Part shown: positions 37,892 through 49,900 of the stretch, in pieces
Layout of the letters: each line of letters starts with the position of its first letter
Position numbering within the stretch: position 1 is the stretch's first letter
From: Perkinsus chesapeaki ATCC PRA-425
Taxonomy: Eukaryota > Protista > Perkinsozoa
Assembly: GCA_013115145.1 (NCBI GenBank)
Contig: JAAPAO010000161.1
Coordinates: forward strand, 1 to 59,678
DNA: 59,678 bases
Direction: 5' to 3'
Made by a program: the position numbers and the translations under genes
Notes under the pieces: generated by a model
Databases searched by the model: none
What the model was told of the DNA's origin: nothing
Seen by the model: only the letters and a program-made list of their open reading frames with translations

Positions 37892-38740
37892 ATGAGTGCA
37901 GATCCTAGCTTTACTAACCATGGCGTCTCATCGGGCTTCGTAACGCACCCCTACTTCCCTATTATGTCTAATCTACATTCCTGCAATTCCAGTCAACCTC
38001 CGAAAAGTTCCCTCCTTACTGGAATGAGCCTGGTCTCATGGGGTCACGCGAAAGGAACCAATATGATATCCTGGCGTATGATATCCCACAAAGGAGAATC
38101 AATTCCACAAGAATTGGTCGTCATTCGTTGGTTCGATATGTTATCGAAACAATATATAGCTTCCTGTATCCTCTCGAACTGAAAGGTTGAGATCAAAGAC
38201 TTCAACGTTGGGCTTGTATGGCCGCGGTTAAACAATCCACCTCCTGGTTCTCGTCCCTTCGTGGATCAAAATGCTAGTTTTTCATTGACTGTATCTGTCA
38301 CAAACAACCCACTCCGGCTGGCGGGTGAGATGGAGTATGCCTATCTACTTCACGCAGGTGGCTTGCTATGTATGCCTCGAAGGGTCAGAGCGAAGTTGGT
38401 TGGAGATTTCGAAGTTTCTTTCAACTTCACGGTGCCTCTTTCCGAAATTAACGAGTTTGGATATATTTGCTTATGTCATCGCATTCGAAAAAAGTATGCC
38501 ACTCTTGCGCTTGAAGCTAGACTTTTACTTCTCGGTGAAGAGATGGAACCAGCTGAGATCTTGTTTGAGAGTCCGCTAACAATCGAAGCTGATTGCTTCA
38601 TGCGCGTACCCGCCGATGAGGCTTTCACCAATCCTTGTGGAGTCTATGTCCAGGCTGGTTCAAAACGATTCTCTACATGTAGAGTAGCCTCCAGGTTTGA
38701 CAAAGGATTGGTGATGCCTATTGTGGGCATTGAACCATGA
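37892..38740 (+). pseudogene. Pseudogene paralog of gene B (35918-36754)
   Basis: MLSKQYIASCILSN*KVEIKDF...NASFSLTVSVTNNP...FNFTVPLSEINEFGYICL aligns with MLSKSYVASYIISGWKVSLENF...YARFALTLSIRNNP...LNLTVPFTELNELKYPCL; TGA at 38180-38182 where B has TGG; TM segment not recognisable. Confidence 0.8.
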
Positions 38741-38760
38741 TATTCATCACTTCCCGTAAT

Positions 38761-39075
38761 ATGTCATGTGTGTTCATGGTACAAGTCGATACTGGCCCTC
38801 GCGGCAGGGTGCTTGTGTGCAAGTGGACTGGTTGAACGAGATGAGTAATGTAGCAAATCAGTTTGCTTGTGATTTGCGATGTTTGCTTTGAGCAAATTGT
38901 ACTACAGTGAATATGAAGCAAGGTCCTCCTTCACACTAAGGCGTTACTGAAGGGTCGTATGCAGCTCATCAAGACTTCATGGGCTTCATTAGCGAAGCTG
39001 TTTGCGAAGGCATGATCGAAGGTGACGGACTTGCATTACTCCAACGAAAACAACCCCGTATGAACGCCTTTCAGA
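38761..39075 (+). pseudogene. Pseudogene paralog of gene A (34652-35068)
   Basis: ATGTCATGTGTGTTCATGGTA versus ATGTCATATCCGTTCATGGTA; ACVQVDWLNEMSN; KQGPPSH*GVTEGSYAAHQDF; deletions/frameshifts and TAA at 38937-38939. Confidence 0.85.
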
Positions 39076-39767
39076 CGGGAACTGAAAGAGTTGAGAGTCT
39101 GAACTGTTCGGTCCAGGGCCATTTGTAGGCTTGGTTTCTGGTCATTCTCCCTAGTATGATGTTTCCCGGCGAACACTTGAGGTGCATCGAGTTCACGGAT
39201 GATTTATCAACATGAGAATATTTGGTTCCCTGTTAGGCTTGAGTCTGTATTTTATCATACGTCTCGTTCATGAAGCCTACGCGTTAAGTTGAGCTAAAGT
39301 ACAATTGCCCCAGTTGCAGGCAAAATAGCCCAGGTGTAGACACGACATATGTACCATATCCGTAGGGGAGCTCGACTGACACGAAACCCGCGAACAATCC
39401 CACCATGACAATGGGTCGTACTCAGCGGCTTGTCTATCGGGTTTGTGTTAGGACTTACCAGCAACTCAATATCACCAGAGGTGGTTCCGTACGACAACGA
39501 TGGTGCGAGTGACAGAGGCAAATACGCCATCTGTTGTTCGTCGGCGGTCTTCAAGTGGGACATCGTTACATGCGGCCCGTAACGGTCCAGCACGAGTGCT
39601 TCTCATGTTCGACGACTAAGAGATTCCTCTGCGCGCATGGCATACTGCCAGAAGATTTGCTTACGTGATGTAAGCTACGCATGACACTTCGGCACCCTGC
39701 TAGCGTCAAACTCACACCACCAGTGGTGGTGTGAGAGATACCACCAGAGACATACCTACAATGACGA

Positions 39768-40187
39768 ATGAGAGTCCCCGCACGTGTACAGTATATTCAA
39801 GAGAAAGAAGAAGGAAGTGCAAAAAAATATCGAGGTGCGTGTATAAGTTATGTCTCATATCCATGTAAATCTGTAGTCTATGTGTGTCTCGTATCAATAC
39901 CCATAATTGTCTATTATGGTGTGTTTCACTCGTCAATCCCCGGAGCCGATTTGCGTATGTCGTTGAACTTGCTCCCTCACAGAACCGACAATCTCTGTAT
40001 TATGCAAGCCCTATCGGATATCGGGCTGTTAGTCTTTGTGGACGAGCTAGGAATACTTCAAGGTGCTCGCAAGGTATGTAAGGATACGGTGACCCTTCAC
40101 GGAGCGCCTCGAACATTCGTCTTTCTCATTCGTGATCAAAAACGCATCTATTGCCTCTCCGCCGAAGTGAGCAAGTTCCACACTTGA
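39768..40187 (+). CDS. Hypothetical protein or remnant of a lineage-specific beta-rich family
   Basis: 139-aa ORF with LLVFVDELG...TFVFLIRDQKRIYCL; context unclear. Confidence 0.3.
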   Translation: MRVPARVQYIQEKEEGSAKKYRGACISYVSYPCKSVVYVCLVSIPIIVYYGVFHSSIPGADLRMSLNLLPHRTDNLCIMQALSDIGLLVFVDELGILQGARKVCKDTVTLHGAPRTFVFLIRDQKRIYCLSAEVSKFHT

Positions 40188-40481
40188 GAGATGAGAACTA
40201 GCAGAGCTCCCAATCGTGGTGGTATACAGGAGATTCTTGCACTTAAGCAGTTACCGTCATATGAGCCGGTCCGAGATATCCGATCGGACGATCCGCTTCG
40301 GATCGAATGGTGTTATAATGGCACTGTCATTCGCGTAACACTCGTATGTGTACCCTCCCACACTGGCGAGCAGCGCTCGATTAACATCAATTAGGTCAAG
40401 ATCGACATGGTATACCAGTATCAGAAACATGTCATAGAAACTTGATCGTAGCAAATGTGAATTCTGTAATCAACGTAAGTG

Positions 40482-43400
40482 TTAGATAAACCTTTCAGCA
40501 ATAAGGTTGGGCTGCGGTTTGTCACGCATCTTGGCGTAGAACTCTCCGCCTTTCTTCTTCATCTGTCTGTACTGTTCATATGGCAGTGATGGATCCTTCC
40601 CTCCGGTCTTTCGACCAATATGATCCCAATATCTGATTCATGTGCATTTAAGAACATCAACGCCTAGCAGACTCCTCACCGTTCCCGAGCGTCATGCAAG
40701 GGAGTAGCGTCTCGTGTGGTGAGACCTTCCTTAGCTAGTAGTAGTTCATGTTGGCGGATTTCCAACTCATCTAGCTTCTTCCGCTTGCTGACCTTTTCAA
40801 ACATCTGTGAGATATCTTATTAAATACTAAATTGAGTTCTCCAGCCATCTCACCTGCTGCCGGTTCTTCGCCACGAGTTTCCCTATCATATGGTGCAACT
40901 GAACCACCTTCCTTCCAACTTTCGCCAGCCTTCCAGCTTGATATGGCAACGGCATAACTCCGCGAGCATACCTGCAAAGACGCCAACTCAAAGCCGATAA
41001 TATCAAAACCATGTTCGCATACATATCGTCAAGAACTGCTAGTGTAGCACGGCTGCTCTTTGAGTTCATAGCCACATCCAGCGCGAGCCGAAGCATCTCT
41101 TCGCTCATTCGAGAAGGACAAGCTTCCGGATCATATGGCGCCACAGCGTCGCTCTAATTGGACGAAAGATAACTCCTATCAATTCTCAACCATACCTTTC
41201 CAACTTGGACCAAAGCATTTTCACCATGCGGCTCCTTGGCTTTTTCTAATTCATATTTTTTCAGTTCTATTGCCTTGAAGTGTTCCTTCATTTGTTTATA
41301 TAAGGCCATGAATCTAGCGTTATCTCCCATTCCCTTGCCGAGCATCCTCAGTAACGTTTCATACCTGATATTCCCATCTCATGGCTCCCACAAGTGCCTT
41401 ACGTTCGAACAGTCGGTGAAACTCCAAATGAGGCATACTGTTGCACCATGTCAATAGCATGACTAGCAAACCCACCCGCTGCATACACCTGTAAATAATA
41501 GAGATATACAAAATAGTACGAACAGTAGGTATTAAAAGTCGGCTTAATGCGAAGGAATTCCGGAATTGAGGCAGTTTCACTTGAAAATACTGGACGAGCG
41601 AGAAATGCATCACTGGCATATCTGTGATGATTTATACAGTCTAGAGGCTTAACTGTTAAAGAAACACCAACAAACTCGTCAATTATGGATTGACTTGAAA
41701 GCTTAATTTGTCGGAATTAGTTAAAAGTTATGGGACTTTCTCTTATTTTCTAACGGGGTTTATATCCATGTGCGCGTCCATCTATGCTAGCAATGAAAAA
41801 ACAGAATTCCCACAAAACTGCGGTCGATTTTCACATTTTTTGATATGAACGAATTTATGTTATAGAAAAATTCGGCGGGGAAGTTCTGCGGCTCGGTTGA
41901 GGAAGGCTTTGTCCAACACCTGTCGAAATATGCTGAGATCGAGCGAGGTAAAGAGCAGCGTTCCTGGCGGTATTGAATATCATCTCACCTTCGTGATCTC
42001 ATCAAGCACATCAGCTGTTAGCTTATTATTGCTCTCTCGAAGAGCTGCTATAATATGCCATGCACAGCGAAGATGAGATACTCGCTCAAAATCAGTTGTT
42101 CCTTTCAATTGCATGGCCGATCCAAATACTCGGATACATAAACTAATAAAAACACACTGACCGACCTTGCCTCTTCGCAAAACTAACCCGTGCATTTGAG
42201 TGTTCATAGGTATCCCAGCCAGTCTGATAGCTCTCACAGTTGCCTGCAATCTTGGTACCTTGCACCAGAGACAAAGTGCATGCATAGTGTAATTGTTACG
42301 TACATCACCGAGGGTAGCGCAGGCCTGGAGGAGCCCTCGCGCTATCGGGATTGTCATCGGCATGTCTTCCGCCTGCATTTGATTCCAAATCTCGAATGCT
42401 CGTGGGGCAAAATACTTGTCAGTACTATAACAGAGAATCAATTCCTGACATTAACAAAGATATCTGGAGAGAAGACTATGAATTCTTCTATACGCGAAAT
42501 ACCAATGTTCAGTAGAGTCTTTGGAGCATCAACGACAACCAGGGAGTCAAATAGGAACATTCAGATAATAGACGCATCTGGTCTAGGAACACATCTTCTC
42601 GAAAAGTTATCTTCGCGTGAGATCTAGTGTGAATCTCATGGAGTGTGAGATATTGTCTACACATTTCTATGAGACTAGATGTCCGCATGGTCACAGTAAA
42701 ATTGGGCCTCTTGGTATCGAAGGAGGCTTCAATTCGAAGCCTAACTTACCTGATATGTTATATCAGTTGGGAACTGCCCACTCTGTTTCATGTCCTCAAA
42801 TATACCCATAGCTCTTTCACATTCTTCCTTCTTCCTACATGCCTTAATCATTACAGTAAACAACACCGAGTCCTATGCAATGATATATATTATCTTAACA
42901 GAAGCTTCGACACCTACCGGGTGAATCTCTTTGAATGACCGCGCGTCCCAAAACTGCTCCCATGCGACTTCGTATTTCCCGGACTTCACTAAGCCATCTA
43001 TTAGCATCGTATATATCTCGACTCCTATAGACTGATTTCTCCAATTCACGATGTTGTGCTCACTTACCTGCTTTAAGGCCCTCATCCTCCATTTTCCTCA
43101 GGAGTGCGAATCCACTTGTCACATCGTGGGCGCGGATATGCGCTTTTATGAGAGCTCCGTACACCTGATGTGACATAGATCTATATCTCTCCCGCTGGCG
43201 GCTAAGTTCCCATCATCTCTTTCTCCATGTTATATGCCCGAATGCTCCCGCTCAATCTCGAGGCTGGTTTGAAAGGGACTTTCATTTCTACGGACGAGTG
43301 GCCCGGGGATGTATGAACACGCGTTACGCGAATTGTGATCGATATCTTCTTATCTGCGAGTCTGGGTGAATTATTCATCCTATATAATACATGGGAGCAG

Positions 43401-46400
43401 TACGCGACAAACGCTCCGTTCCCAGGCATTCTCGAGGCCTACTGTTAGATACTGAAGATCTATATCTGTATTCGACTAACTAACTACTATTAGATTCTTA
43501 GTATTGCTCAGTATAACCATACGCAGATTCTTTATAGTGCGTGACAGTATCCTTAATATTTTCTCGCCCGCCATACTGTAACCGTCGCGTATGTTATAGT
43601 TGAGTGTTTGCTGAATGAGATTAAGCAAGATTCTGTTGATATTATTATCATTATCTATTTTACCGACTCGAGTTAACATCTCCTACAACTGGTTAAATCT
43701 AACATACCTTCTGACTGGGTGCAATGAGCTGCTCTCTCATTTTCAGGTACACCTTCCGCGCCAGCTCCGCATTATCATCACAAGCTATCATCAAACTAAC
43801 CTGAGACACCCAGAAAGCTCCTCGCCGCTTTACTTCACTTGGCGGCTCTAGAAAATAACAATCATGAATCTGGCTACTGCCAGGCAAGGATTCTAAGATA
43901 CCCCTACGGGAGAGATTACAAAAGACAATCATCGTCTGGTCGAATCCCACTTCAATCTTGACCCTGGCGACAGGCACTGAAGCTTACATAAGTTCCTTCA
44001 TTTGTTTCAAAACCATGTTCGATCATCTTGTCGTGAATCTGCAACGCTTTCGCCAGTAACTTCACTTTCTTTTTAGGTCGCCTCTCCATCGCAATTCGAC
44101 TTCCAATAGATCTTACCAAGAAATTGATGCTCTCAGTGGAGCCCTCCCCAGACTCGAGGAGCTAAGACCAGAACTCTCGCCATTGAGCTCTAATCATCGC
44201 ATACCTTCACGAAGGATCCTCGCTTCTGTGCCGCCAACTCCTGCGCTCTCCTTGTGTGCTCAATACCTCCTCCTGTCCCACAATATCCTTCCCGTAGTAG
44301 CATATCAGGTGAGATGCCAGTGGCAGCATATTTAGCCGCCGCTGCTCGCAATTGCCCTATTATCTGACACACGATCGTCTTTGAAAAGATAATATAAAAG
44401 TAAAGGCTTGTTGAATTTCACGGCTGGAATAACCACAAAAATGCATTCTTCAATGCGGCGCGAACTCGCATTAATTGAGCGGAACAATGCCTGTGAATTG
44501 CCTCTCCTTGGCGTAGTTGATTGATTGATACATGTAAAAAGTACAAAGTAAATTACACTTCCCTCCTCCCCATTCAATTCATCTCCTTACATTGGCGCCC
44601 ACATCAGTTATAAGCTTCTTATCAGTTGCTGTGAGAGCAGAGTCATCCACCATCGGCTCCTTCTCCTCTTTATTGTATCTCCCCTTCTCCATCCTCTCAT
44701 ATTCGGCCGGCTCCGTTTTCTCAGTCGTCTTCTTCTTCGGTAAGCAGTCTTGTATCGCAGCTGCTTCGGCGTTGATATCGACACTCTTCGGGTCCCCCAA
44801 GTATTTCCGGGCGAATCGAGTTGGTGAAACAGACTAAACAGAAAAGATAAAATGGTACCGATAATCTCGTAATCACTTCCCGAGTTCTCGCGCTTATCTC
44901 CGATGGCTGTTTCCCGACCAAATCGACAATACCGCCCATCAGTGCTCCCGGTGAGTCCTCCTCCTCGTGTGATTTTTTAGGCTTGCTCTCCGGTCCTATC
45001 ATTCACATTCGGTTACACATTGCTCCACCCTTCACCTTTCTCGTTGAATGTTCGACCATCAGCCCACTCGCCCGACCACTCCAGCGTTCCGGCTTCTTTC
45101 TTGCGCTGTCGCCTCTTCTTGTGCCAGAACCACTCCGATGCTGGCACCTTATCCCCCATTTTCCTTCTATATAAATCTTTAACCTATAAAGGCGATTTCT
45201 CATACCAACCAAATGGGGCCATTGATGCGATTTCGAAGTCCTAGTTCATTCTGAATGACTAGGACTGAACGAATGAATCGTTCATTTTCTTCTATGTGTT
45301 TTTATGAAACCAAATTCCCGACTTTCGAGAGTCTTTTTTCGATAACCAATTAGAACCCATTCATGCATGTGAGCAACTCGGCGATTGCTCGTCAATGAGC
45401 TTCTGCTCCTCACCAACGAGAAGCAAGTCCTGCATGTTATAAGCGACAATCCCACGAAGATCGATTTTTGCACCTACATTCGTTGCCGAAAACAAGAGCT
45501 CGAAGCTGCTCAGGAAGTGTTGAAACTCTCTTTTACTAATTTTCAACAAACCCTTCTTCTCCTTCTCCTCCTCTTTACCTTCTGAACTCCATCTTCTCTA
45601 AATACACTTGACGCCGGCAGCCCAAGATCCTCCAGATGCATCGACTCTCCTCCACCTTGTATCAACACCCGGTGATCCCGAGGCATGTCCGCCACTGGTC
45701 GGACAACCATCCTTCTTAAACGTGAACTATTCCTCTGCTGTATAGCCTCCAGTCTCTTGCGGCCCTCAGGCGTGGAAAGGTCAGGGAAGTCTCTGGCGCT
45801 GCTGGCTATGTCCGAAGAGCTCTCGATTAAACCTGACAACAACGAACGACGTTACCAAACGCCCTTATTCCATGGCACTTCTATAAAGGAGAAAAGTAAA
45901 GCTTAAGCCGCAAAAACACTGAAGCTCAGCGGCTGAACGCTATAATGGATTTCGAGCCCAAGTCCGATATTAACGCAAGCACCCTTGGCCAGGAGTTACA
46001 AGAATACAGCTGCAAGCTGGGTGGAATTGAAATAGCCTGGCCGCCGCAGGTTTGACTTGATTCGGAAGATTTTGCCTATCCCCGACGGGAGTTCAATAAA
46101 CAAGTATTCCTAATGCGGGAATACGAAATTACTGTAAAATAAATTAAAAATTGCTTCTAGACCGGAGGTCATACTCGATCTAGGATCTGTTGCACCCAGA
46201 CTGTCCGCCGAGCCCCTGACCACAGACATACCAGCATTGATGCCTCGTACGACTCTCTGTTCCTCAGGTGCTAGACGCCTCCCTTCCCGTCCTTTGATGA
46301 CCCACGGTTTGAAATGACCAAGTGGAGCCTTTCGTTTAGGCCGTTTACTCAATGTTGGGGCATCGAAGAAGTTACTTCTGAAACAGATATATAACACGGA

Positions 46401-46661
46401 GAAATAATATAGTGATATAGTGGCAAGTGAACTGAGCTTCCTTGCATGCATATCCTCAATATCCAACCCCCAGTCCAAAACCCTAGTCACTCAACCCTAA
46501 TTTCCTCGAACAGCCCCTCACCTGTAAAAAGTAGCTCCTGCAGAAGAAGAAGAAGTCCTCCTGGCAGCCGCAGCAGTAGCTTGGGCGTATCCTCTTATAA
46601 ACGACTTCAGTAAGACAGGCCGATGCAAGCCCACACTAGACCCAATTAGGGTAGTCATCAT
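40482..46661 (-). CDS. Large multi-exon pentatricopeptide-repeat (PPR) protein, probably mitochondrion-targeted (could be two genes)
   Basis: N-terminus MMTTLIGSSVGLHRPVLLKSFIRGYAQATAAAARRTSSSS (Arg/Ser/Ala-rich, no acidic residues); PPR motifs VEIYTMLIDGLVKSGKYEVAWEQFWDARSFKEIHP and SVLFTVMIKACRKKEECERAMGIFEDMKQSGQFPTDITYQ; TAA at 40482-40484. Confidence 0.8.
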
Positions 46662-46985
46662 TGCAGCACTACAAAACTATGTCAGGAAATATAACCAGAT
46701 AATACCGACCAACAAAATTAGCTATGGAACTTCCCTCATGGAACGCCACTGACCGAAGTATTGTGGTATTGAGTGGCAATCGCTCTTGCGCCACAGTCCA
46801 GTTCTGTTTCTATAGAATCGCCTCACTTGTGTGTTTACCCCAGAAAGTGACTGCAAAAATTTCACAGAAACTTTTTGACGAAAAATAGTCTATTACTGCA
46901 TTTTAGTATTACACGAAGGCATACGCAATACCCCCCAAGTAGAACACTAACATAACGCAACTCGAACCGAGCCGAAACGCAGAGC

Positions 46986-49900
46986 TCAGAAACACTGTGG
47001 CTTCCATTTAAATTGAAGATTTAAAGGAGCATGATCGCTTGGTATGTCTGAATTGGGGAGGGTACCCTGCTTGGTAAGGACGTCAATCGATGGGAGAGGA
47101 TCGGCGGATATACCTGTGGAGGCGGAGCGAAGCTCTAAACGACATTCTTTCATTCCCAGAGCTCGGCGCCAATAACAAGTGCAAAAGAGGTTGTCTCCTT
47201 CCACTGTCACTATGGCCTTAGCTCCCTATCGGACCAGGCGTTTCATACGTTAGTTAAGACAGACAAATTGCGGACGAGAGAACTTGAAGGCAGACAAGCT
47301 CTTAAGCTATTAAATTATACCCTATACACATGATTTAATAAATCGTTATTATAAATGGGAGTGTTTATGATACCATATTTTACCACGCTCGAGTCATTGA
47401 GCAATATTATACTTCTTCACATCTATTTACAATGTTCTTTCAGCTCCTCTCCGACGTGCTTCGGAGTTTCACTTGATTCAAAGCAAACTCAGTCCCTACA
47501 TTCCAAAGAGGCCTGCTTGCTATCCTTATAGAAAACATAGTCAAGACAGCCTTGCCAAGTTGGAGTGTGATTGGTGAACTCCGGTTCGAATCCCAGTAGC
47601 GACATCATGCCGCTCCTGTACGCTCTACCATCTAACAGTGCCAAACGGCCGACTGCATCCTCGCTCACGCCTGGTATCTGGAACTATGTTATACTGTCAT
47701 TCCCGAACGTCCTACTATTTTGTTGCCTGGTCGTAGTGAGACAGGATGGTCGGGGTGATCCACTTCAACTGCACCGCGCGTTAGCAATTCATACCTAGAA
47801 AAAATTTTCTTTTCTGACACAAAATTTCCGCACAGTCAAGAGTGACGCAATTTCTGGTGGAGGATTCTCAGGCTCACCCACTATTACGACAAGAGACACG
47901 TCAAAACGGACATGTCGAAACAGAGGAACTTGTCGAGAACACAGCCCGACGGGGCTTTGATAACATATAGAAACTCGTATTTTCCATTACCACAGTCGAC
48001 ATTGAGTATCGGAATATAAAACTTAATCCACAGTAAGTACCACAACGAAGTACCAAATCGATCGACCGTTTCAAGATTCATTATTGATATCTAGGCGCGG
48101 GGCGTGTAATACGATTTTCCCATGGTAGGTGAATGCATTCTAGTTGTGGTAATATTATCCTCCTCGTAAATCTTGGGTCCCAACTTCACAGCAAACTAAC
48201 ATCTCATCAGAACAACTATTCCTGCTCGGAATCTACTGCGCAGTGCATAAGCCATAGAAGCCAACCCAAGTGTTACACAGCGCTGTCATCTGGGGTACTG
48301 TTGAAATCGCCACCCAACAGAACTGCTGGTCCAGACGGAAGGCTACCTAAGGATACCAGAATCCTCCGGGCACCCCAATTGGAAAAATAATAGCAGAGCA
48401 ACCGTCAGGAGATTTACTTTCGAAGTCCTCCAGTTGGCGAGCCAATAGATACGCCTGAAGCAGCTTGACATCGGGGAACCTGAAAATTAGTAGAGACAGG
48501 GCGAGGTTGATGCTTGCTTTGGACTCCAGAAAAGATGCGTTGTCGCTGCCAGGAGATTCCTGCCGGTGATCTTGTCCCGCAAAACCGCTGCTACACATAA
48601 ATTGAGTTTCTCTCGAGTCTCCCTGTATCTGTTATACACACGGATGAGCTCTTCCCCAGCCGAGATTGCTTACAATGCTCCAGCCAGACCACTCGTCGAC
48701 TGGGCCAGTGAATGAAGATATTTATCCAAGGAGTGACACATCCTAAATTCAGTGGTAGCAAGCGGCTCGAAACGATCAGACTTGCAGAAAATAGCGCAGC
48801 CGTCCTGAAATCAATCGGATCGCCAGGAAATCTTCGACATTGTTCGTAGGCTACTTTCGCTTGAACAGCCTCGTTGATCATAGCCGTCGCCATTCGGTAG
48901 CCACCCTTGGCTTCTAGTGTGCCCTTCAGTATCGGTAGTGTTGTTATGTCTAATTCCTGAGTGAATATAACAACTTCTGACACCAACTTAAAAGGTAATT
49001 TCCCGGAACAGCGGGAGATTCATACGGTCATTAAGAAAAAATTATGAAAATTCGGTTTCTCAGTTTGTAAAACTCCAGCCGATTCTTGCAGCAGAAAAAG
49101 CCTTATTTGCTAGGGAGATCCTTCCAATTGCCCCGGAAGTTCAGATGAGTCTTAATCGGAAATAATCCTTCGGGCTAATGAGCAGGTTATATTCTTAGTG
49201 ACTACCGAAAAGTTCCGACCCCTCCTCAGTGATACCGGTACTGAGAGGAGCTACCCTTACCTGTAGAGCCACAATGTCAGCATTCATCCTCAGAATGCTG
49301 TTGGTTAGATTCACTAATCTTGCTGATGGCGATAGGGCCCTGAAAAGACTCACTTCACCGGATGTCCACTAAAAAGAGCTTCTGGTACGGGAACAATTTT
49401 TCTATCAAAAAACTGCAAAATGCGTCCCCATTGAGGAGATGTTCCTTTATAGCTGCCCTACCTCCTCTTCGGGTTGTTAAAAGCAGGGTCAGCAAGCAAC
49501 CGCTGATAATGTGCAGAGTGGAGTATATTCCACGTTACGAAGGAGAACGTTGAGGTCGCTGCCGCCACGGTCGCCGGGTTGGGTATCGGAAGAGGCGGCA
49601 TACTAGTGCCAATTATAGCTACTATATAATATACACTATGTTGAAGGCATCTAAAGCTACCAAAGGTGTTATATAATATACACTATGTTGAAGGCATCTA
49701 AAGCTACCAAGGGTGTTATATAATATACACTATGTTGAAGGCATCTAAAGCTACCAAGGGTGTTATATAATATACACTATGTTGAAGGCATCTAAAGCTA
49801 CCAATTGTGGTAATATGTACTGCAGCCATTTCATTGCTATGTCACCCGGACACCCTATCGTTGACGTTGAACTTGGATGAACACAACGAGACCAAAGGAG

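Noticed and set aside
38180-38182. TGA aligned to Trp as evidence of stop-codon reassignment
   Set aside because: TGA appears to terminate other genes here (e.g. BT1 and the UBA protein), and the adjacent A' copy is independently broken. A TGG-to-TGA nonsense mutation in a pseudogene is simpler.
47619-47632. Reverse-strand GATGGTAGAGCG as a tRNA D-arm, suggesting a split or permuted tRNA
   Set aside because: It is about 12 nt, on the opposite strand to the T-arm fragment, with no acceptor 5' strand or anticodon stem; compatible with chance.
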